Of a stretch of 64,000 nt of DNA, positions 45,261 to 58,073 are shown in pieces (positions within the stretch are counted from its first letter, which is position 1; the number at the start of each line of letters is the position of its first letter). The DNA comes from Epithemia pelagica. Its lineage: Eukaryota; Protista; Bacillariophyta. The stretch covers positions 2,480,001 through 2,544,000 of the forward strand of contig OX337230.1 of NCBI GenBank assembly GCA_946965045.2, read 5' to 3'. The notes beneath the pieces are model-generated. The model worked only from the letters and a program-made list of their open reading frames with translations, made no database searches and had not been told where the DNA came from. The position numbers and the translations under genes are program-made.

Positions 45261-47687
45261 TGAAATTCATCTCAGACACTATGGTTTTCAGTCGCTGCGA
45301 AGTATAATACTAAGTGCGCCCGCCGCTCTTCTTGACACTTCGTATCTATTTACTTTCACGATTAACGAACCCGGATATGTATGCTTAACTTTCTCAGTAT
45401 TTCTTCTTCTAGCAGTCAGCCAACGTTTCTATGTTTTGTGACTATGGCACGCCGAGCTATCATCTATCTACTAGAATCTATAGTTACTCCCCATCACTGT
45501 TGTTCATTATTTTTGCCGCTTTTGCTTCTTTCATAAATTCCCTATCGGCTAGCGTCATATCTTTGGTCCACCAACCAGGATGGTGGCAAAATCTACGTCT
45601 AACTACCACTAGAGTGTAAAAAATACCGGGTAATCCCTCAATTCCAGGAAATCAGTGGAAACCCGGAAAACTCCGACACCATTTTTGAAAAATTCATCTC
45701 TTTTTTATATAGTGGTACAGCTTACCCCCAAAACAGTCGGTGACACCCATACTACCTTCACCCCGCCACGTTTTTTCCCTATATTCCCCTTCTATTTATT
45801 TAAGGGCAAACGGCGCCGTTATTTAATTTTTTTCCATCAACCTTACACTGCGGAATTGTATACTAATCTCTCCAATGTCGTTACGCTGGCAATGTGGTAA
45901 GCGTTCTTCCCCCTGCCGCAAATTCCCGGGGGGTCTGGTTACACCACAGTAAAACGCTTGTTTGGGGGCAATCAAAATTTGGACTTTCTATGGTTTCACC
46001 CCGACCTAATACTACTACGAGAAACATATTGTATTATTTGGAATCATCATAATCAACAACAACAACGAAAAAACAGTGCTGCCGCACGTACCTGCTAATC
46101 ATCAAAGCGAAAAGGCTACCACCTCTAAATCGTACGTACGTCGTCCGCAAATTTTTCTTGGCTTGTGTGTTTTCTTGGGGGGTCCATTAGTACTACCCCC
46201 CAGCGGGGGTGAGAATTTTGCAGTCTGTCCGTCAATCATTTTCGTGATTCTCCTTCTCACCCCCAAGGCGCGACGTAGCGATTTCCCGAGGTTGATACAA
46301 AAGCCATCGAACCGCTCAACACATTCAACACGGAGCCAAACTTGTGAGATCTGGTGCACCCCTTCTTGGCGTTGTAAAACCCTCCGAGTTGTTTCATTTA
46401 CCTATCCTTATATTCAACAAGGTGCTACCGTGTTGTATTTGCCTCCGAACGGTCCTGTCGTATCTCCGCTTCACCGTGTTATAAGCAACACGTCCACCGC
46501 AACAGACCAAAGGCAAATTGTGACCGACATCACCCATCATCAACCTCTTTTGTCCCCTGGAACCTCTCCCAAATCCCTTTCCGATGGAACCGATGCCCCG
46601 GGCAACAGCACATCCCTTCGCTCCCTTCAAGAGGCAGTATAGCGAGAAGCTCTGAGTGTGCTCTGGGTGTGTCATTTTTGCCTCGGCCCGTCCCTGTCAT
46701 GTTGTTGCACCGACACATTCGAGCCGAGCACAAGTGCCATGACAATGAAAGGCATGGTTTACTCCTTCGTGACATTTGTGTGGGTCTGTGGGTCCAAGGC
46801 TCCCTACCTATTGTTGGCTCTCATTGCTCTGCTTGTTTCGTTGCCTACCTAGATAATGACAAGGATGAAAGTATAGAAACTGTTTGCCATTTTTTATTCT
46901 TTCTGCGCATACTGTTGGAGTTTAGTGTAGCAACTAGCAACCGGAGCATTATTGGGGATGGATGAAGCATTGCCTTGTTGGGAGAAATGCATTGCCAGGC
47001 TTGTGGCGATGCTTCCATTATCATCTTGATTGCGCGTTGTGGAAGGTGGCGCCGAGGCACTACGGTAACCGGATGCTCCCTGACAGCCGTTTGACATAAT
47101 CGATGTCGTCGGTGGGAAGACGACGACATTATAGACTTGATATCCAACCACTGCACCTCCACCACCGCGATGAATGTATGTGTGGTGTTGGAGTTTTGTA
47201 TCAACCTCGGGGACTTTCCGTCGCGCCTTGGGGGTGAGAATACAGATTCTTTTTTTGTGCGACCAGATTCTCGCCCCTGCTTGGGGGTACCATTAGTACT
47301 CTCTTTATCGTTCTTCTATTTTATATTGATGTTTTTGTTTCATACGGATCTGAATATGGGACTCTGGAGAGTATTACCACCCCCAAATGTACATACACTC
47401 CTGGAGTCTGTTGAGTTGAAAAGTTCAATATAAGTTCATTACATTTACAGTCTGAGAACTCTGGAGAGTGAGGAGCGACAAGTCTTGCCATGTGTGACTG
47501 AAATCGCCCCCAAAGCCCCCATCCGTGAACCTCAATGAACATCACGCCCATCATCGCATCGCCAATAGTCAACATAGACATTGTGGACATATCCTCATGT
47601 TCTTCTAGATCATCGCCCTGGCAACAACACAAACGAGACGAAGCAACGACCTTTTCGGTACCCAAACCGAGCAGCAGCAACAGCAGC

Positions 47688-48944
47688 ATGACCATGTCTC
47701 CGACGGTGCTTCGATATCAAGCCCGACATGGCTTTTCCGGCGTGTCGGCACAAAATCAATTGTCCTTTGGACCAGGAGCTATGTTGATGGTTCGCAATGA
47801 TACCGCTTCCAATCCAGGCAATGGGTGGCTGTATGGGACCCTCGAAGGCGGCACGATGGCAGCGGGATGGTTCCCCCAATCCTATGTCCACCCTCTCCCC
47901 TCTGCTTCTACTACTATACCAATGGCGGGTCCACCATGCTCCTCCCCGTTTCCGTCGCCAGGGCAACCACAACCACCCATGGTCATGGCACAAGCTGCAC
48001 CTGTATTGCATGGTGGGTCCCCATATCCTTCGCCACTGGCACATCATCAACAACAACACCAACAACAACCACCACAGGTGTCATACAACTATCCGACGGC
48101 CACACTCGTCCACGAGGTAACCGAGGAAGAAGGGAGTTTTGATGGACCCATTATGGGAGGAGGTGACAAGGACCACAAGAAGGATTCAGGACCCCCACCA
48201 CCACAAGATACTGGAACAGGAACGGCATCCTCGTCGTCGTCCCCGCGTGGAGGACGCTTCTTGTCCAAAACTGGATCGGCACTCTCGCGGGCCGGTTCCG
48301 AAACGGGTTCCGCCATGTCCTCGGTCGCCTCCTCCACGGGTCGATTGGTATCGGCACCCTTTCGAAAGACGTCCTCGTCCAGCAATCACAACAGCAATTC
48401 TCCCCAAAAGACGGTTGCGATTCAATACAATACCGGAACATCCTCGTCGGCGTCCTCTTTCGGTGGAACGAATGCGGGGGGCACCACTCCACAAGCTGCT
48501 GGTGCGGCCAACAACAACCAGTCTGGTGATGGATGGTTTGCACGAGGAATAAAGAACTCGTCCATTGGAGCCTATTGTGGGGGTTCCAACAAGGGAACGG
48601 CCACCGCACCCGTGCCCGCCACCACTAGGACGACAACGACAACAACAACGACAACACAACAGTCGCGTGGTGGTGGGTTGTTTGGACGCGGTGCTCCACG
48701 GTCGTCCACCACTGTTACCACAGTGGAACAAACCGCACCACCACCCCAGCAGCAGCAACAACAACAACAACGATCCAGCAACAATATCAATGTGGCGGGC
48801 AGTGTGGGAACCTATGCCACCTTTGGCGCCGCCATGAGCTTGGTAACGGGCAATGTTGCGGGAGCGGCTCGGTATGGAGCCGTGGCAGCCACGGCCTTTG
48901 CGGTAGAAGGCAATCAAAATGTCAAGCAACAACAACAACAATAA
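47688..48944 (+). CDS. SH3-domain protein with Pro/Gln/Ser/Thr-rich disordered tail
   Basis: ARHGFSG..QNQLSFGPGAML...GWLYG...GWFPQSYV is an SH3 signature (ELSF, WW-like, GxFPxxYV). Start could be 47535 or 47688. Confidence 0.85.
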   Translation: MTMSPTVLRYQARHGFSGVSAQNQLSFGPGAMLMVRNDTASNPGNGWLYGTLEGGTMAAGWFPQSYVHPLPSASTTIPMAGPPCSSPFPSPGQPQPPMVMAQAAPVLHGGSPYPSPLAHHQQQHQQQPPQVSYNYPTATLVHEVTEEEGSFDGPIMGGGDKDHKKDSGPPPPQDTGTGTASSSSSPRGGRFLSKTGSALSRAGSETGSAMSSVASSTGRLVSAPFRKTSSSSNHNSNSPQKTVAIQYNTGTSSSASSFGGTNAGGTTPQAAGAANNNQSGDGWFARGIKNSSIGAYCGGSNKGTATAPVPATTRTTTTTTTTTQQSRGGGLFGRGAPRSSTTVTTVEQTAPPPQQQQQQQQRSSNNINVAGSVGTYATFGAAMSLVTGNVAGAARYGAVAATAFAVEGNQNVKQQQQQ

Positions 48945-49668
48945 GAAGAAGAACAAGACGACGATGCGTGGTGGTCGCAGCAAGCTACCCGAGAGACAAC
49001 GATATCGGTCCTGATGGATTCCACCATGGTCGTTCGAACTGCCCTGCTGCCCATTCTTCCCCACGTCTACACAACAGTTTGTGAGCCTTGGTAGACCCGA
49101 GGCTCCCTAAATTTTTACTCTTAAAAGTTTGGTTTTCCTGCAATGATCAGTCGTTTTCGAATCAATCCGCATACAAGGCAAAGGGCCGAGTCGATACGAA
49201 TTCCATGTTCCTAAGAGAGTCTTCTACCGCAATAGATAGAACAGACTTATACTTACCATTCGCACAAGAAGGCTTTCTCTAGGTAGAGGTGGGTAGGTTC
49301 TATACTAAAGAATCCATGGTCAATGGAACATGATGAGCTAGAGACTTCGACTCTCGGCTTTTGGGTTGTCCGCAAGTCTATTGTACAGTCTTGGGTCTTG
49401 GGTCTCAGCTGTTGCTGTCTTTTATCTCTTACTTGCCAATGCCAATGGCCAGAACGAGAAACGGAAAGGGTTCGGACGATGGGAGATGCCACGTTGGACC
49501 ACGTCTGCTCCGTGAGTTTGGCAATGATCTATAGCGATACCATTGATGAGCTAAAACTGTTTAAAACCTCTAACATCAATATGCACTTTTCCCGTCTTCA
49601 ACGTTTTGTACTCCCTAGCGAAACGTCGAGTCGTGCTCGTGAATGAGTAAGCGTGCACTAATATACTA

Positions 49669-50207
49669 CAAGCTGAGTTCAGACAGAATGTTCCTGTCGT
49701 AGCGCTCCAGTAGGAAATCTACGTAATACGCGCCAGCCATCTTTGTTAATATAGCCCTTATAATTATGCCTCTGTTGTGCAAAGTGCTTCCGAAACTCGA
49801 CAATCTCGCGTTCCCCCAGAAAAACTTCGTTTTGTACGAGACTATCGTGCGTGGGGTGCGTCCGATGATCATGTTGTTGTGGATGATGCCAACCGCATAC
49901 CTTGTTGCCCCATTGGTGGCGGTCCAACAACACCCTGAGGGAGATGGATGCAGCTCGGCAACATCGTTTGCGGTTGGGATGGCCCTCCACCATGGTCAAC
50001 ACAGTCGACTGTTTTTTCGTAATTTTTGATGAAATTCTAGCGTTCGGAAGAAATCACACATAACACTAAAGTTAATAAAATATTTATTTCAGCCACTAGG
50101 AAGTCGTTAGTCGGACACTAATAACGCAGAACGCTTTCCAGGATTACTCCTCTGGTACAAATTCTACAGGAGTCTACGACAGGAACACACTCCCTGAACT
50201 CAGCTTG
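49669..50207. mobile_element. 539-bp MITE, Tc1/mariner-like (TA target-site duplication)
   Basis: Perfect 14-bp TIR CAAGCTGAGTTCAG (49669-49682 / 50194-50207), extending imperfectly to ~50 bp (shared TGTTCCTGTCGTAG); TA on both sides (49667-68, 50208-09); no transposase. Confidence 0.85.
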
Positions 50208-50781
50208 TATCAACCAGGACTCACCCTTATGCTAGGGGTAAGCGTTCTGGGTGAAAGTGTGAATGGCTTCACAAATCCCGTCTTTTTTCCGTGTTTTGTG
50301 TTTTGCGTTTTTTGTTTTTTGTCGTTCGGAATACGGACGACGGACATTCTAGCTAGCTAGGTAGAAGCTGTTCTGTACTTGTAGTTGTCGAGGGATAGTT
50401 CTTTTTCCTGACCCGATCGATTGACCTTTGACCTGTGCGTGTCGAATCTATCGGATTCTGTACACTACTTATTCATTTTTCATTATTAGGGTACAGTACA
50501 GAGCTGTATGTGAATCCCTTTCCCAATATAAGATCAAGTTGTAGAACTATGAGATAAAATGTACTCTTGTAAAAATCAAGTCGTCAGCTGCGCTCCTCTC
50601 TTTGGTTTGCACCATCTACCGTTGTTCTTCTTGGAAGATGGTAGATGAGCTCTTGTAAACCATCCATCGTTGCAATAGAGGGAGCGAGCGTAATCTCCTC
50701 TGTGTTCACCTTGACGCCAAATCCAGCGAGGATCGAAGGATAGCAATCTGCGTTCCGCCTTGGCTGCTATTGCCTTGATCC

Positions 50782-52541
50782 ATGACTTCGTCGTGTGCCG
50801 CTGCTGCGTCTTCCGGTCCCAAAGCACCAATAGCATCCTCCTCGGAACCAACGCCAATACCACAGAGTCGCCGAGAGAAAGAAATCGAAGCTACAAAGAA
50901 ATTACTTCAAAATGCTGATGATATTGTTAAAGAGGCCGAAGATTCTTTCCTTCTCAACGGTTACAAGCCTCGTGAATACCCTGCATTTCACCGCGGTGAA
51001 ATCAAGTTTGGTCCAGTGCTAGGGGTGGGAGGATTTGGGATTGTGTTTGAAGTAAAAGACATATCCCTAACATTACCCAGGGAGGTGGAAATATTAGAAA
51101 ATTCATCGGGGGATGATCAACAAAACAACAGCACAACAATTTCAGACCACACGGAGGAGTCACCAACGCATCCTCCCCGAGAGGAAAAAGACGTTTCCGC
51201 TGCGGTTGGCCCAGAAATGGGAGGGGTGACGTTTGACAACACGGCTGCCGTCTCCTCAGAAAGAAATGGTAGACCGCGTTCAGATGCATCTCAAACAACC
51301 ACAGCAACAACCTATGCCGACGCGGAACCCACTTCAGGATTAATCAATTCGCACAAAAACTCCACTGGACTTGGAGTAGGACAAGATGATTCTCATTACG
51401 ATGTTACAAATGCGCGACAATATATGGCCGAATTTGTGCGTCGAAACGGGGAAGCACGATATGCAGTTAAGAGATTGCATCGTGATTTGAACGATTTGGA
51501 AAGAACACGGGGGATGATAGACTTGGCTATTGAAGCCAAGATTCTTTCATTTGTATGGCATCCGAATATCAGTAGGTTTTGCATCTCTGCGTTCCCCTGC
51601 TTCCCACCTTGAAACAATTTGGTCTCTCATATCAAATCATTTGTTTTCGTCTCTCCAGTAAAAATGCGTGGAGTTGCTGCAGGCCCAACGCTGAACCCAA
51701 CTTTCTTTATCGTTATGGATCGTTTGCACGTATCCCTACCCGAAAAAATGGAAGAATGGGCGCAGATTCAATCGGAACATCAGGGCTCTATTTTTGGAAT
51801 CGGCTCTAATAAGCCTGAAATGAGGCAATTGCTGCAAGAGCGTCTAAGGGTGGCGTATGATCTCGCAGCTGCGTTCTCGTACATGCATGACAAGAAGTAA
51901 GTGATGATGCTGCTGTACCTCGATCCTCGATATACCATCGGAACATATTTTGATCTCAGTGTCTCTCTTTGTAATCAGGCTTGTTTACCGAGATATCAAG
52001 CAGGAAAACATTGGTTTTGATGTCCGGGGTGATGTCAAAGTGTTTGATTTTGGGTTGTGCAAGGGTTTGTTGCCATCAAGAAAGACCAAAGACGTTAATG
52101 GTCGAGATTTGTATGGGTTTAACCTGACTCCTCGAACTGGGTCCGTACCCTACATGGCACCGGAAGTCGCCGAATGTAAACCTTATGATTGCAAAGCAGA
52201 TGTCTTCTCTTTTGCCATTCTCCTCTGGGAAATGCTGGCCCTTCGGACAGCGTTCAAAGGATACTCGAGGAAAGAGTTCCTGGATCGCGTTGTCAGACGA
52301 AGAGAAAGATTAATAGTAAACCGATTATGGCCATCACTGACAAGAACAGTGATCAAGGAAGCATGGGACAATGACACACAAAAAAGACCCGACATGAAGG
52401 TAGGTTCTGGTTATCTGCTTTGGTGCTTCAATCTGTCTACGGAATCTCACCACTTTTCTCTTCCTCCAGATCTTGGCCCTAAAGTTGAAAGGTGATCTTG
52501 ATACTATGTCCTCGTATTCCAAAGCTCGTGATAGAGTCTGA
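50782..52541 (+). CDS. Protein kinase (diatom TKL-like family), 4 exons
   Basis: LGVGGFG, YAVK, LAIEAKIL, YRDIKQEN, DFG, YMAPE. GT-AG introns 51572-51658, 51897-51978 and 52400-52469 all restore frame. Confidence 0.9.
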
Positions 52542-54457
52542 CTGACGCGACAAAGATCAGGCGATAGTTGTTCCAGAGGTGGAGAAACGGTGTCATCTTT
52601 CAAATAAGTTTTATTTCTGTGCCATTTCCTTTCGCGTTGGCTCCCGAAGTGGGGTCACGTTCCCACACACTGTTTCTATTTAATTAATGTTCAAACCAGG
52701 ACCGCTGCCATGCAGGCCGCGAGTACTTCCTGTCAACCACAAACTGTTACTGTAACAATACCTCTATACATCCAGGCAATTACAATTCTTGACTTTTCCT
52801 GTTTCGACTTGAGTGTGTGCGTGCTACCACATTTGCCATCGGTCTCCATTTGGTCAACGCGCTTGAGAATTGAAACTCCAACTCCCATTCTTCATCTAAA
52901 ACTGAACCTGTCACTCAACGCAGTGTACGAATACGAAACAAACCAGCTCCATCCCATTCATGTGACTTCAAAAGGCAACGTCGACACTCGTGAAGAGCGG
53001 GTGTAAGTCTTGTTGGCCAAGCCATCGACAACGCCATTAAAAACCTTCGGACATGAGGGAACGCATAGCTCCCTACAGTCTACAGTACTCCCAAAATAGA
53101 AGTACTGCCAAATTTTTGCTCAAATGACACGACAGCTGATCAAGGAAGCTTTTCATACTTCATAGATAAAAGAAGAACTTATATTTTGGGTTAGTTAGGA
53201 CTTTTGGTCAAGTAGCTGGATGCGATAACACTTTTGAAATGCCTTGTTGATTCATTGAACATGCTAGAGCAGTAGCTATTGTCCACCCAACGGTGGTGTT
53301 CCTACTGGGAACTGTAGTCCCGCTGGTTTTCAACGCGGGACTAAAAATTGAGTTTCGGGTTTTTCGGCAAAGAGAACATGTCATTTTTTCTCAAATCCTA
53401 CTTCCAACCAACAACAATGAGACACAGCGTAACGTAACTGCTGAATACAACCAAAATTGGAAAACCTGGAGAGGTGGCTCTCGCCAGAAGTGATACCGGA
53501 CCAGAGAGCAAGTCGTGATGAAAATAAATGGAGAAGCAACGTCGAGCACAGAAACAGGCCAAGTACATGTTGTCCGGCGTTTTGCAGCAAAATCGGCGCA
53601 AACATTCACAAGTCAATGGAGGGTTTGTGTTTACTATAGAAGGCCCAAATCCGGGAAAAGTTTCCGCTTCACGATCATTGGTGGAATCTGCAGGGACGAG
53701 ACAAACGGGGATATTTGATATTTGTCACAAAACGCCAACAAAACCCTCACTCAATAAAAATCGAAAAAGATGTGGGACCTCCAGGCACCGGCTGTTTTGG
53801 CTTACTGCCAGGGCGAAGCTCTCCGACCAGTGGTAAGCTGGTCGATAAGGCACTGCCGCGACGTGAACACGATTGAGAAATTGAGAAGTCGGAATCATAT
53901 CCCCCAGTTTGCACGCAGCGCAGCATTATCAAAGATCGAGTTTAAGGAGCATGCTGCAGGATGCAAACGGATATGGTTCGAATTGATGGAATCCATGGGT
54001 GATGCGGTTGTCCGACGTTTCCAATTTCCAACTAGAAGTACTCCTACTGCTAGAGGAGTAAAGCTATGGAGAGGGGGTGGGTAGCTGCCATAACTATGCA
54101 TCGGAGAAATAAGTTCTTAGATCGCGCGAATCTTCTCCCAATCAGATTCATGCATGTTTGACGTGTCGCTCTATTATCTAACGACCACAGCGAAGCAGCA
54201 AATTTCCAATTTCCTGCAACTTGCAACGGCATACAGCATAGACAGCACGACAAGCCGCTCAACACTCAACAGCACACAGTTGATGACACTTATCCTTGAC
54301 TATCATCCTTGATTAGAAATGGGAAGTACGTGTCAAGCTTGTCGTCAAGATCAATCCGAGCCTTGGATGCTTGAACTGTCCTCACAATTTTGTAAAAATC
54401 GGCATGGATGTCGCTCGCATTGCCACATCAAGGTAGCTTGATTGATTACTCGCAACT

Positions 54458-55743
54458 ATGGATAAACGTGCACAGAAAATCGACGGTTACGACGTTGGAC
54501 ATCTTCTGAAGACGGCAGCCAAGGCAGTGCTAAACAAGACTGCTGACTCACATGTTTTGGACAAAGAGGCAGAAGATCGAATCCCCAAATTTGATATACA
54601 AGGTACGTTGCTACTTATCAGTTTTTTAAAGCTGGACTAATGCGATCGATTGTTCTCATTGAATCGGTCAATCTTTCCTTCGATTTATTGGACACAGAAT
54701 TGACCGTTGGAAAGGTTTTGGGAAGGGGAGGTTTTTGCGTCGTACGTGAAATCACTGAAGTGGTATTGCATGCGACGGAAGAAGACATAATAGAAGACCA
54801 AAAACAGGATGATGAGGATCTTATTCACAATATAATACAGGATCGTGGCTTCATGGCGACTCATTACCTTCGTCAGGGTAAAGACTATCGTTATGCCATC
54901 AAGACTGTCAAGGAAGCATCGAAGAAGTCGGCACAGCTCTATGTTAATGCGGTTGTTGACTTGGCGATCGAGGCCAGGTTTCTTGCGGTTATTCGACATC
55001 CAAATATTATAAAGATGAGGGCCATGGCGACAGGTCCAGCATGTCATGGAAACTTTTTTATTGTCCTCGACAAATTGTACGACACCCTCTCTGTACGCCT
55101 GCGCAAATGGAAAAAGAGATTGAATAAAGGAGTTTTGGCACGCATTGTATGTGGCGGCAAAAGGGAAATTGAATTTTGGGGAGAGAGATTGACGGTTGGC
55201 TACGATCTGTCTTGTGGACTGAGTCATTTGCATGACATGAACATTATCTATCGTGACATCAAGCCAGACAACATTGGTTTTGATGTTCGCGGAGATGTCA
55301 AGATATTTGATTTCGGCCTTGCTAAGGAATTCAAAAAGAAAGATAGAGGTGCTGACGGCACTTTCCATCTTACGGCAGAAACTGGAAGTCCTCGATACAT
55401 GGCGCCAGAGGTGTTTTTGGGCAAGCCGTACAATGAAACCTGTGATGTCTACTCCTTTAGCATTTTGCTATGGCAAATACTAAAGGCAGAGGTTCCTTTT
55501 GATGAGTATACGGAAAGTATGATAATCAACGATGTTTGCAAGGGTGGCGTCCGCCCCAAACTGGATCCTTCATGGTCTCAAAATGTTCAGCACTGCTTAA
55601 TTGCTGGTTGGGCCAGTGAAATTTCAAGGCGTGCGAGCATGGAGCAAATTTCGGATAAGCTTCGAGAAATCATCATGGTCGAGACCGACGAAGAAGTTGG
55701 TGATGACATGGGTTTCTCTCGTAAGAGCGAACTGTCGGCATGA
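54458..55743 (+). CDS. Protein kinase (same family), 2 exons
   Basis: LGRGGFC, YAIK, LAIEARFL, YRDIKPDN, DFG, YMAPE; intron 54603-54697. Confidence 0.92.
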
Positions 55744-56027
55744 GATGATGTGGAAAGCCATTGAATGGCTCGTTTCCGTCACAAAACTCAACGCTTGCTA
55801 CTCTGTGGTGTGTAGGCGAGTTTGGCTGCCTTTGGGTATCTCCCTGCAAATTCTTTCAATAAACGTGCATGGTCGAGGTCGCAGAGCCGACACAGATATT
55901 TGTCCCCATGGATTGACGATGATCTTCTTTCGATGGAACAATTTTAGAGAAACGTGCATTAGCCATTGCGGAAGAGACGACAGCAGACTTAGATAAAAAT
56001 AGAGACTATGCAATGGAGCAAACTACG

Positions 56028-56885
56028 TTACGGTATTCTGCCCCGACTTGCTATCCATACTGTCGTAGCCATAACAGCGACGGCGGCATTGAGAGGTTTG
56101 ATTTCAGCTAGTAATTGTTGAAAGGTGTTTGCAGGATCACCTTGCTTTCCTGTCATGATTGCCAAAAACGGAATATTGCTGGTTAGACTGTCTCGGACAG
56201 GATCTAGCTCGCCTCCCATCCCTCTCCGAAATCTGGAATCCGTGTGCATTCCTCCCAGCCATGCGACTGCCGCAGGGCCCATCCACCACAATCTCAAGGC
56301 CGGATTCGACTGCACCATGGCATTTCCAGCCGATACAAGACCAAAACTCCACAAGCCAGGGTGCCGACTGACACGTTCCAATCCTCGAATGTCACTGGAC
56401 GATCCCTCCTTGTGTTTGTCTGAAAAATCAAAGGGGCATCTTACTTGGAGACTGTATCCAGTTCTTTGAGGAGCTTCTGTCTTTGATGCTATTGCTGATT
56501 CCGTAACGTTGTCTTCCATTTTGCTTGATACCATAGCCACAGGAATTTGAAGCTTGGGCAGCGTCTGCGAAGCAAGTACGAGGCCCACAGAGGCCAATCC
56601 CCAAGCTGCAACCAAATTCATGGCGGGAATGGTGGAACCAAATAACGAAGGCGTCGCGGATTTCAGATTTTTTAGTTTGAAGTACGAATAGCCAATGGAA
56701 CCCATGGCCACTGTGGATATGAAACCGTACAGTCCGTGGTATTGTTCATCACCGAATACTTCTCGTAAATATGTCCGGTTTTCGGATAAAATTGCATTTT
56801 CGGCAATGAAGAATGACCAACCGAGACCGCCCCATCTTAATTCATTTGACGTTAGGAACCGACCAGCCCATGTCGTCATGGTCAT
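56028..56885 (-). CDS. NnrU-family membrane protein
   Basis: Multi-TM; GLERVSRHPGLWSFG, HTDSRFRRG and TSNIPF resemble NnrU/Z-ISO family motifs (RHP, TSxxPF). Confidence 0.8.
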   Translation of the reverse strand: MTMTTWAGRFLTSNELRWGGLGWSFFIAENAILSENRTYLREVFGDEQYHGLYGFISTVAMGSIGYSYFKLKNLKSATPSLFGSTIPAMNLVAAWGLASVGLVLASQTLPKLQIPVAMVSSKMEDNVTESAIASKTEAPQRTGYSLQVRCPFDFSDKHKEGSSSDIRGLERVSRHPGLWSFGLVSAGNAMVQSNPALRLWWMGPAAVAWLGGMHTDSRFRRGMGGELDPVRDSLTSNIPFLAIMTGKQGDPANTFQQLLAEIKPLNAAVAVMATTVWIASRGRIP

Positions 56886-57209
56886 GGTACTTCACGCAGT
56901 TAGCGGTGGACCTTGGATCTTTTCTTTAACATCATGGCCATGGCGCCATGTCATACTCGCTGTCGTGGCATTCGGGAATCGGGAATCGGGAGAGACAGAC
57001 AGACCGCGGAGAAGCCAGTACCGACGACGGCCGGACTCTCATGTTTACCGCTTTTCCCGCTTACTATTATGATCCTCAATGAAATGCCATCAAACGCAGA
57101 GCGAGAATAAGATTGTTTGGGTGCCGCCGTTGTTTCTCGTCGAAACCAGTGTGTCCGGTTCTCCATATCTCCCTGATCTGTACGTCAAGCAAACAACAAC
57201 AACAACAAG

Positions 57210-57611
57210 ATGCCGTTCACCCGATTTATGGAAGTAGGACGAGTTGTCCTGGTCAACTACGGACCTTTGGAGGGAAAGCTCGCCGTTGTTGTGGATATTG
57301 TGGATCAAAACAAGTGTTTGATTGATGGCCCCAAGGATGTTACAGGAGTGGACCGACAAGTAATATCCTACACAAGAATTGAATTGACAGATCTCACTGT
57401 GAAGATTGAAAAGAATGCTCGCGCAGATGCTCTCAAGGAAGCCATGACGGAAGCTGACACTATGGCAGCCTGGGCGGCGACTGCGGAAGCCAAGAAATTG
57501 GAATCCAAGAAGAGACGCAGAAATTTGACAGATTTTGATCGATTCAAAGTGATGGTTGCCAAGAAACAGAAGAGTGCAATCATTCAAAAGAAATTGGCAG
57601 AACTGGACTAA
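57210..57611 (+). CDS. RPL14: 60S ribosomal protein L14 (eL14)
   Basis: RFMEVGRVVLVNYGPLEGKLAVVVDIVDQNKCLIDGP and LTDFDRFKVM. Confidence 0.97.
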   Translation: MPFTRFMEVGRVVLVNYGPLEGKLAVVVDIVDQNKCLIDGPKDVTGVDRQVISYTRIELTDLTVKIEKNARADALKEAMTEADTMAAWAATAEAKKLESKKRRRNLTDFDRFKVMVAKKQKSAIIQKKLAELD

Positions 57612-58073
57612 ACCCTTCGTAATAGACACTGAATCTCTTCATTTGAGTTCCCCGGGTTTACTTGTGGTTGGTGGTGTCTAAATGGATACTGGAGATGGCC
57701 TGATCTGGGGCCATTTGCGCGTTATTCATGGTCGACCTGTCCCGCACAAGTTTGTAGCCATCCATGTTGGTCGTCATTAATCGTTGGCCACCTAGAATGA
57801 ATGGAAAGATCATAGGTCGGACCATTGGGTTGCTTCCTAAATGTGTTTTCATTCGAGAGTCGGTCGTAGACGTTTGCTCGTTTCCGGTTCATGGCGATGG
57901 TTTAGCTTAGACTTGACCTACAGCTTTGACTTGCATGAAATGTGAAAATCATCTACCCTAACTAGAGGGTAGCTCTCTCTCCCTAAATGGTCGGAAAGGC
58001 GGATAGGTGCAGGTACGTGGTTCTTGCTTCAAAGAAGAACAAAAAAATCCCACAAATCCTTCGTCACTTCAAG

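Noticed and set aside
46076-47500. ORFs of 80-190 aa and repeated motifs GGGGGTGAGAAT / CCATTAGTACT
   Set aside because: No recognisable domain; the motif pairs are short and in swapped order, with no TIR, LTR or TSD to support an element.
49666-50029. ORFs inside the MITE as a transposase remnant
   Set aside because: No DDE/DDD or HTH motif is visible in any frame.
56028-56885. Calling the NnrU-family gene zeta-carotene isomerase (Z-ISO)
   Set aside because: Only family-level motifs match and no plastid presequence is evident, so no symbol was assigned.
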